The position numbers and the translations under genes were made by a program. Positions 54,021 through 62,396 of a stretch of 62,396 nt of DNA are shown piece by piece. The notes under the pieces are model-generated. The model saw only the letters and a list, made by a program, of their open reading frames with translations, ran no database searches and was not told the origin of the DNA. Origin of the DNA: Folioceros fuciformis (taxonomy: Eukaryota); assembly GCA_049999805.1 (NCBI GenBank), contig JBNGIO010006328.1:93626-156021 (forward strand), written 5' to 3'. How positions within the stretch are numbered: position 1 is the first letter of the stretch; every line of letters starts with the position of its first letter.

Positions 54021-57000
54021 CTACATGCAAGGTATCTGTTGCCGCAGGGGTTGTAACGTATCAGAACCTGCGCGGAAGAGGAGATCGGGGTTTCTTCCAA
54101 CCTCAAGATCAGATTCTCCATCTTCCGGACTCGCATCCTCGACTTCTCCTGACAGGGCCTCTTGAGGTTCGGCGACGGTCGAAATACCTACAGAACTCTC
54201 CTCAGCTGTCGAGAGGTTACATGTGGCAAGAGTATCAGGATTCCCATTTCGAACATGCGTGTCCCCACTGGAGACATCCTCGACAGCTGAACCATCATCC
54301 GACTCTGGCTCTCCACAGCCATCCTCAACCTGATGCTCCACATTTTCATCAGAGGAAGGCTGTGACAACACTTCCATCTTCTCTCCAGCGGTCCCCGACC
54401 CTTCAGCAACGAGGTCTGCTGCACCCACAGCCTGCACATCCTCAAGGGCAGGCTTACCCACAGGATCAGCCAATTCTCCTTCCGACGCAGCTAGTTCAGC
54501 TGTGACAACCGGCCCTGTCGCAAGGACAGGTGGCTGCCATCCGACTTGCCGGTACATAGGGACAAACTCTGCTGCATTTGGATTCAGGGGTGACCTCAGA
54601 GGTGGTGATGTGGATGGAGGAATGCTGATAACAGAAGGCACATTCCTGCCCTTCACATCGTCTGCACTGCCACGGCTTCCTCTGGGACCGCCCGAACCCT
54701 GATGATTTTTCCTCATGGGAGTGACAGCAATGGTCGTTGGGATTGGAGCCAGGACAGGACGTACCGGAACAACAGCAGGAATGGCAGGGATTTTCCCGTC
54801 CTTGAAAGGCGTAATTGCCACAGTTCCCACAGTCACTCTCAAAAGAGGAGCAGTTGGCTTGAATGAAGGTGCAGCTGCTGACAATCTCCTCGCCTCAACA
54901 GCTGGAGACTCCTCCGCCGACTCTTCTGCAGAGTCCACCGACTGCGAGTCCTGCAGAGCATCTGCATACTTTTTCTCCTCTTCCGTCAAGCATTTCTTGT
55001 CCTGGAACCCAGCTTCACTGTCCCCATCAGACCCTTCACCTTCCTCTGGAGGATGTCTAACCGTTTCTTGTAAATAGACGATTGCAGGATCTTGCAATAC
55101 GGACTCCACAGGCTTTTGCGGTATCTCGGTTCCCGCGACAGCCATACCTCTCTCCAGTGTTGCCTGCTTCGCTTCTTCGTCAGCCTTGGCACATTCGTCT
55201 GCCCAGCTGAGCATTGCCTTGACTGACTTCTCTACCCGAATCGGCACCTTCTCGTCGCTACCCGACTTCACGACCGCTGGAACAGGCAGAGCCATGCTGT
55301 TAGACTGCGCCTCCTCTACCTCTCCGGCTGCACTAATATCCTGCTCACTGGAGGCAAGTACTGGCTTCACCTCCTCCTTAACTGACTTGGAGACCTGCAT
55401 GCCACTAACGCTGCTGACCTCCGGAGCCTCGTCAGGCTGCTTGGAATCCAGCAACTTCTCCACTGGGATGGATTTCACGTCAGAAACTTGTCTCTCCGCG
55501 AGTTTGGAGATCTGCGCCTTCCTCTCGAGTACCTTCACTTCCTCTGATTTCCTGTCAAGAATTTTAGTCTCCTGTCCTTTCTTATCGACTACCTTGGGAG
55601 CTTTTTTCTCAAAGGCCTTGACAACTGGAGACCTCTTCTCCAGCATCTTCTGGTCTTGCACCTTCTTCTCCTGCACCTTATTTTCCACAGCTTTTTTGTC
55701 AACCCCTCTACCATCCTGCTTCTTGTCAACTACCTTCCGCTCGACAGTCTTTGTTTCCTTGCTCTTCGCTTCATTGTCTTCCACATTGACTTCCGCGAGT
55801 TTGCTTTCCGGAGGGGGCGAATCAGTCACCTTGGAATATGTAGCAGCCACTGACCCGGGTGGCGCCAGGGCTACTTCCTTGTAAGAAGGTGTGGTCCTCA
55901 CTCCACAACCAGCAGGGGCTGCTGAGGCCGTGTTCACCGATGGTCTTGCCGGAGGAGTGCCCACCTCAGGCTTCGAAGCCGGGATACTATTCTCAGACAG
56001 TGGCCCTACGTTCGATGACGGGCTGTCAGCAGCAACACTGCCAGCAACAGGCTGTACCTTGATGGGAGCTGCAGGCTTAGGGAGAGCCGAGGTTTCAGAT
56101 ACAGCTCCTGCAGAGCTAGCAGTTGCTGGCAATACTGCCTTCCCACTGGAACCTCTAGCAACCTTCTTCACCTGCTCCCCATGGGGACCTGTTGGCAAAT
56201 TTCCGCTTAGCTTCCTCCTCAATGCTCCAGAACCTCTGTCCTTATCACGCAAATTCATCTGCCGCTGCTGAACATTATTATGCACGTTCTGCAGTTTGGA
56301 ACCAGCATGTATTTTAATGCCCAATCTCCTGTTGCTAGACATCGAGGATCGATTGCGAGATACGGCTTCTTGCCAGCCCTCATCCTCGGTAGCAGCTTCA
56401 CGTAACACGGTGACAGGAATTTCAGGTGGAATAGCGGGACGTCGTTCCTCACGAGGTGTTAAGTTGTCTTCAGATGCAGAGGTAGTCTCTGGAGCACTTG
56501 AGGAGTTGTCCCTTGCATCTAACTCCGCTGCGTCCATCAAATTCTTGTCCTCCGCTTCAGAAACCAAGAAGACTTCCGCCTCCCTATTCAAGTCCTCTCC
56601 CGATGACGAAGTTGGGAAGCTACCCAAAAAGCTTGCCTTGCCTTTAGACTACAATCACCGGAGATTAGAGTTAAATACAGGCATAACGATATTGCTTGAA
56701 CGACAAGAAGACTCTTGAGTCTTTCACCTTCGTTCGGCGTGTCTTTCCTTTGCTGAGATCCAGCTTCCCTTTCCCGTCTTCCTCAGCATTAATATACTCC
56801 AGTAAATCTGACACACTGTTCGTGCAATGATAAGAACAGGCAGGTACAAGTGTACGACAAGCTCTACCTTCGTAAGGATGAATCATTCTGCACAATCTCC
56901 GAAATGTTCTACAATATCAATACCTCAAATGCCCTTTACTCGCGATCGAAGCATCAGGCTTAGGAGTACCAGTGCGGGCTGCCTCCTGCTGCTCCAGGGC

Positions 57001-60000
57001 CTTCGAGTCGAAATACTCAAGCCATGCATTGGCATCCTGGGTACGGAGATCATCTGGCCCCAGCTTGGCTTGAAGAATTTGCAGTGTGGTTTGCTCATGC
57101 TGCACACTGAGCGAGTACGCTTCCATGAGGGATAATGCAATGGCTATAGCGTGGTAGCTGGCCGCAGTCTGCATAGACAAGTAAAAAATAAGTTATCAAG
57201 AAGGGATGACACACGCAGTGAGACGGACTGCAGCAATTTTCCAGGGGATTGAGGGCTAACCTGAATGTGGTCGACCCCTAGAAGTCTTTGGTTGCACTTC
57301 AAGGCCTCGTGAAGATACCTCAGAGCAACATGAATATTCCCAAGTCCCTCCTCCATCATTGCAACGTTGATGTAAGTGGCCGCGGTGTTTGGGTGGGACG
57401 GACCGCAAGTGAGATGTAGCAGATAAAGAGCTCGGTTCACGTATCTGTTGCAATATTTGATCCTGAGCACACGCTGACGAGACGGAAGTACAAGTGACGA
57501 GTGTATGCACATAAGACTTACTTCAGCGCGAGTTCCGTATGTTGGAGACGATAATAGAAGACAGCGAGATCGCCATAACTCTTCATGGTATCCGGGTGGT
57601 CAAGTCCGAGTTCTCTTTCATTGATGTCCAGAGCCTTTTGCTGATAAATAGTTGCCTGGAGACAAATCACAGACGCACGGTAAGTAGGGTGTGGTGTTTA
57701 CACACCACTATATCAAGATACATTTGGATAAAAACGACACCTGATTGAAGTCTCCTGTGTGGTACAAGACAACGGCCAGCAAACTGTACGCTCCGGCAGT
57801 CATTCGATGATACGGTCCACAAACGGCAACGAGCTTTGCCAGTGCCTACAGTTCAGTCGATAGCAGAGTTAGAACTTTGCAGAACAAACAAACCTTGACA
57901 CCACCCTAGTACCTTAGTAGACACAAACCTTAGTACCGAAATTGACTGCATCGTCGAGCTTGCCTTTGTCCAGAGCAGTTTTAGAGGACTCCAACAGCGT
58001 GCGACCATCAGCAGACGAGCACGCGACTTGCTGCGGAATAAAAAACCCGGTAAGCAATGAGACTGTGATCCAAAAGTTAGAAATGACCAATGCAAAGACC
58101 CCTTACCTTGTACACAGGAACCATGCTGATGATATCTAACTTCTTGAAAGGTGTGGGGGAATCCAGCTCGTAGTCGCGAGGAACCATCTCAATCCCAACC
58201 TGCAAAGCGGGAGGCCATAGTTAGGATCGACCATGAGAACATCTCATACAGACAGGAGCCACTAAAATCGCCAGCAACCTTGTGGCAAAGTCCACGGAGG
58301 ACTGCGTATTTCCGCAGCTCGTCCCGAGTACTCTTAGGAAGCTTCCAGCCAAACCTCTTCTCCACAAATGTTTCCACCCAGTGCCACATCAGTAGGTCTG
58401 GTCTATCCAGCGTCTCGTCGGTTGCCTCCTCTGCTGGGAAAGTACCCAGCATGTAATTAAGAGCTGCAGCAACGGAGACCGCGAGCTCGGAGGTATTCGT
58501 GGTGGACGCAATAACAGCGTGCAAAACATGCTTGAACGCACGCACAACCATCTCATGCTCACACAACGATTGAACATGAGGCAGCTTGGATGCCAGTTCC
58601 GCCTGCGCCCAGGACAACATAGAGGTCGGGTCGGTGACCATGCAACTCAAGGACAAATCCAAGCTAAAGGAAGTATGAAAGATGAGCTCCTTACCACACG
58701 ACCCAGCGAGTGCATTCGAAGACCCCGGGTATGCATGAAATCTGTCAAGGTCCGTCCGTCCACAGGGGAGAGCTCGAGAGATCCAAAATCCGAGACCTGA
58801 TTGCAAGTGTACCGTCTGTTAACCGGCAGGTAGGATGCAATCGTCCTAGACATGAAACGAAGATACTTTTAAAAACTCACAAGCTTTGGCAGCGCAACCT
58901 CTTCATAATAGTGCCGAGCAGCGTCCATGAGCTCTGATATGGACTGCGCGAACACATTCACAGCCCACAACACCAAATCAGTAATTGAAGACTGGGAGAA
59001 GCAAGCAATCCAGTAGTCCCTAGAATAACACCTTTCTATGAAGACCAGTCTCTGATTCCTTCAGTCGGCTGAACGCGGCGTCTGAGAGTCTGCTCCGAAG
59101 CTCAGCTTCCACCTCAGAGTCCTCTGCAATCAACTTCAGCGCCGTTTCCGCTTCACCTGAATTTCCGTCGTCGACAGCCAACTTCTCCTCCATCAAATCC
59201 GAATCTTTGACTGCTGATCCAGCCTTAGACTCGACATCCTTCCCAGCAACGTCTTTGTTGCTGTCCTTAGAATCGGCCTTAGATGTGATGGCCTGCCCTT
59301 GCAAATGCTGCACCCAGCATGCACCTAGCTCCCATCGAATGGCGGGGGACACACCTTTCTCATGATCCACCACTGCCAGACTCTCTTTCAAGATGTTTTG
59401 CACGATCTCACCGGCAGCTTGCAGCTCCTCCCCATCTGAGCCGGTTCTGCTTGCTTGGGCTCCAACTGCAGCCACGCCTCTGTGAAGCAAAGTGCGCAAG
59501 CTGCATCCGATACCCCTCTTCAACTTCCCGCACAGCGGCTGACTGCGCCTGAAATCACGAAGAACTATCAAACATGAATGGTTACCTATTCACATTGAGT
59601 GCATTGGCACCTCCATCGGCCTGATCTTCGATGTTAAGTTCTGCTGCTGCGAGGTCAAGGCCCTGTAGACTTGCGTCTCCGATGCCGGACGCTTCAACCA
59701 AAGCCGTATATCCACGATGGCGGACGATCACCATGCCCAACGTTGCGGTATCCTGCAACAAGCACACATAGCACTCTTTCCAAATGAATCCTGCGGGCAT
59801 TGCGGACGATGAGTAAAGCCAAAAGAGGAGAGGAAATCGAAATTGCTCACATGGACAGTAGTGCTCTCATCAGCTGTGATTCCTTTCAGCAGGTTTTTCT
59901 GCGCCAAGTCCTCCGACATCTCTCCGTTCGCGATGCTGCCATTGATTCTTATCTCAATCTTGTTGCTGGCGTTGGCCACATCTCTGGACACCGTAATTTT

Positions 60001-62275
60001 CAACTCCCCACTGATGGTCTCATAAATTACTCCGTCGATTCTGGAGAAGGGGGCTTCACCTTTGCTCCTCTGCTCATCAGCATACTCAACAGCCACAGTT
60101 GCTTCATACACAGCCACGTCGACAAAGAGGTTGTGCAGAATGAACGCCTTCTTATCCCGAATTTGCCGTTCTTCCGGTGTTTTGCAAGCCATGGCGGCAA
60201 GAATTGCGAATTCCCGCGCCCATGGTCTAGACTTACTCTTACCATCTCTACCTTGACCTCCTCCATTTCCCCCCCATGTCTCGTCTTCAGAGGGAAGTGC
60301 AGGGAAAGTCGTAGGGGCATCAGCCGCTATCGTGGGCACGAGCCACGTGTTGGACCGGAGACCGTAGGGCAAGTTGCCAAACTGCAGGATTACAGATTCA
60401 GAGGGATGAGCACCACACACTTGCAATTACCTACCCGGGGGGTGCAGTAACAACGAGACTCACCTTATTCCTTTCAGCGAAAGCTCTCAGAAGCTCGTCG
60501 TATGCCTGCACCACACACCACACCACAGTGCTCACTCAGGGCACAAGACACGCGACCAACATGTAACAAGACACGCGAAGAATCTACAGTCCCATGAAAA
60601 TCTACAGTCCCATGAAAACGTTCACAGTCCACATATCTGCAAGCCAGTTCTAAAAACAGAAAGGTGCGAAGGGAGTAGGGGCACACGTTAACGAAAGCTT
60701 TGCTTAGGCGACGCAGAAGCTCTACAAGCGAGCGACTGTGAATCAATTGCTTGCCGTTGCTGTAAAATCCTCTGGCGCAAGCGGTTACTGTAACAAGTTT
60801 CCCGTTGCATAGTCTCACCTGCCACCAGGACCAGCATGTAAAATCTCGAGGAGCAGGCAGATGTCAGACAGGATTGCGAGCAAGCAAATGTGCAACGGCA
60901 CGTCGACGGAGAGGAACACACATCAATGGGGAAAAAGTCTCCGTCCGCGGACAACTCTTCCAGCTGCAACTTGGTGGATCGCCGCAAAACTGCACAGACG
61001 AATGAGCATATTAACCAGGCAGCCAGCTTCGAATCAGTGACGGGCAGCGCAGGAAGTGACAGAAAGGAGAGAGAGCGAGAGCAGGAAGGCGCGCGCTCCA
61101 CTGACATTGAATCGGTGGTGTCAAGTGCGAAAAGGAGAAAAATTCGTAAAACTGGCCGAGCTTGGATGGCGGACACATTCCAGTCATATCACCCTTCTCT
61201 GTGGCCTCCTTGGCAGCGGCCATCGCGGCTGCCGCCTCAGGCTTGCTAATCACGGTACTCCTGGGCTTGTTGGTACTGCTCTGAGGGGTGAATTTGAAGG
61301 GAGCCTGCGCGGCGGGCTGCTCCTGCTGCTGCCTATCCTCGGAATCCGCATCGGTGGCGCTTTCCTTGGCGGAATCGCCCTTATCTTGATCCCCAGCGGC
61401 ACCCGCAGGCGCGACCTTAGCCGCCCGGTCAGGTTGCTTCCCAGATGGCCCGAAGCAGGTAGTGCAAGCCACGATGTCCAGCAGTCTTCTGATGTGCGTC
61501 ACCGCCTCCTCCTCCGTATAATCCTCTGTCCCGAAAGGAGCGGCCAGTCAAACCACCGCCGTGAGAAAATCTTTCCCACGTCCATCCAAAGCAAGAACAA
61601 AAAAACGAAAACCGGGATCACGTTCTACCTTCAACCAGCGTCAGGACGCAGGGCTTCAAGATGGAGACTTCCAGCGAATCCCGCAACCGCGGTCCCCTAA
61701 CCTGCAGTCAGCGAGAAGGCACAGAATGAGTGACGGTGATAACGCAGGTGCACACACGTCATGAGTGGAAAGTCCAGCGCGCCACCTCGTGATGCAACGA
61801 GTAGCTGGTGAGATGGCAGGTTTCCACATGAACTGCCAGCAGGCGTCGCACATCCAAAACGCGATCCGTAGAAATTCCCTGCACCAGCACACAGACAAGA
61901 GCAGTGAGCACACTCCCACTCAGTCCAGCGCAAGCGTCCCTCAATCCCTCTCCAGCAGCAAAAAACACCTATCCCCTAAACCTCAGCACCAAACCATCAC
62001 CTTCAATGTAACCGGGTTCTCACTCCCCGGCAGGTTCACAGCGATGTCGAGCACCGTAGGCAGAACTGCAACCCGCAAATTGAACATGAGAGAACAGGAG
62101 GAGGAGAAGAACATTAAAAAAAAAAAAAAAAGCATCTCCACCACCGAATTCAATTCCATCCGTTCCAACAAGATTCCTCCCGTCCAGTGAGGACACGAGA
62201 CTCACTCTTCTCCTCCTTCTTCTTCTTCTCTCCCTTCGCCTTGTGCGTCTTGGCCTTCCCCGTCCTGGGAGCCAT
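54021..62275 (-). CDS. REC: REDUCED CHLOROPLAST COVERAGE/TSS-like CLU-domain TPR protein, about 20 exons
   Basis: [81 protein letters not shown], TPRs ([19 protein letters not shown]), [12 protein letters not shown] and a long low-complexity C-terminus. Confidence 0.94.
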
Positions 62276-62396
62276 GGTCGTCCCTGCCCCGGAGCTGGCA
62301 CCGGTTTCACAAACCAATTCCCTGGGCCTGGCAGGCGGCAATCAATTCCCGGTCCCCGAATCCCTCCACCCCGAGCAGCGGCGGCAATGCGCCCGG

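Overview
Gene-dense nuclear DNA from a seed-free land plant. Short introns (about 80-120 bp), a flagellar dynein-2 subunit and a HAE/DRH-type PPR-DYW gene point to a hornwort such as Anthoceros (inference). Host genes in order: Dof transcription factor, intron-containing elongator tRNA-Met(CAT), folate carrier, PLS-PPR-DYW editing factor, VTI1 SNARE, SINA-like E3 ligase, WDR34, alkenal reductase, two divergent secreted Gnk2/DUF26-like proteins, KH-CCCH protein, SUMO, alpha-tubulin and a REC/TSS (CLU-domain) protein. There are two mobile-element blocks. (1) A ~4.27 kb Mutator-like element (24868-29134) with ~218 bp TIRs, a decayed transposase and, convergent with it, a stand-alone RPA1 C-terminal OB-fold ORF; this is the best candidate for an undescribed system. 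(2) A three-level nest: an RLE/CRE-like non-LTR retrotransposon relic, interrupted by a Copia with non-canonical LTR ends, itself interrupted by a younger Copia. All homology calls come from recognising motifs by eye; no database searches were run. Exon boundaries are approximate, and the window contains six 100-N gaps.
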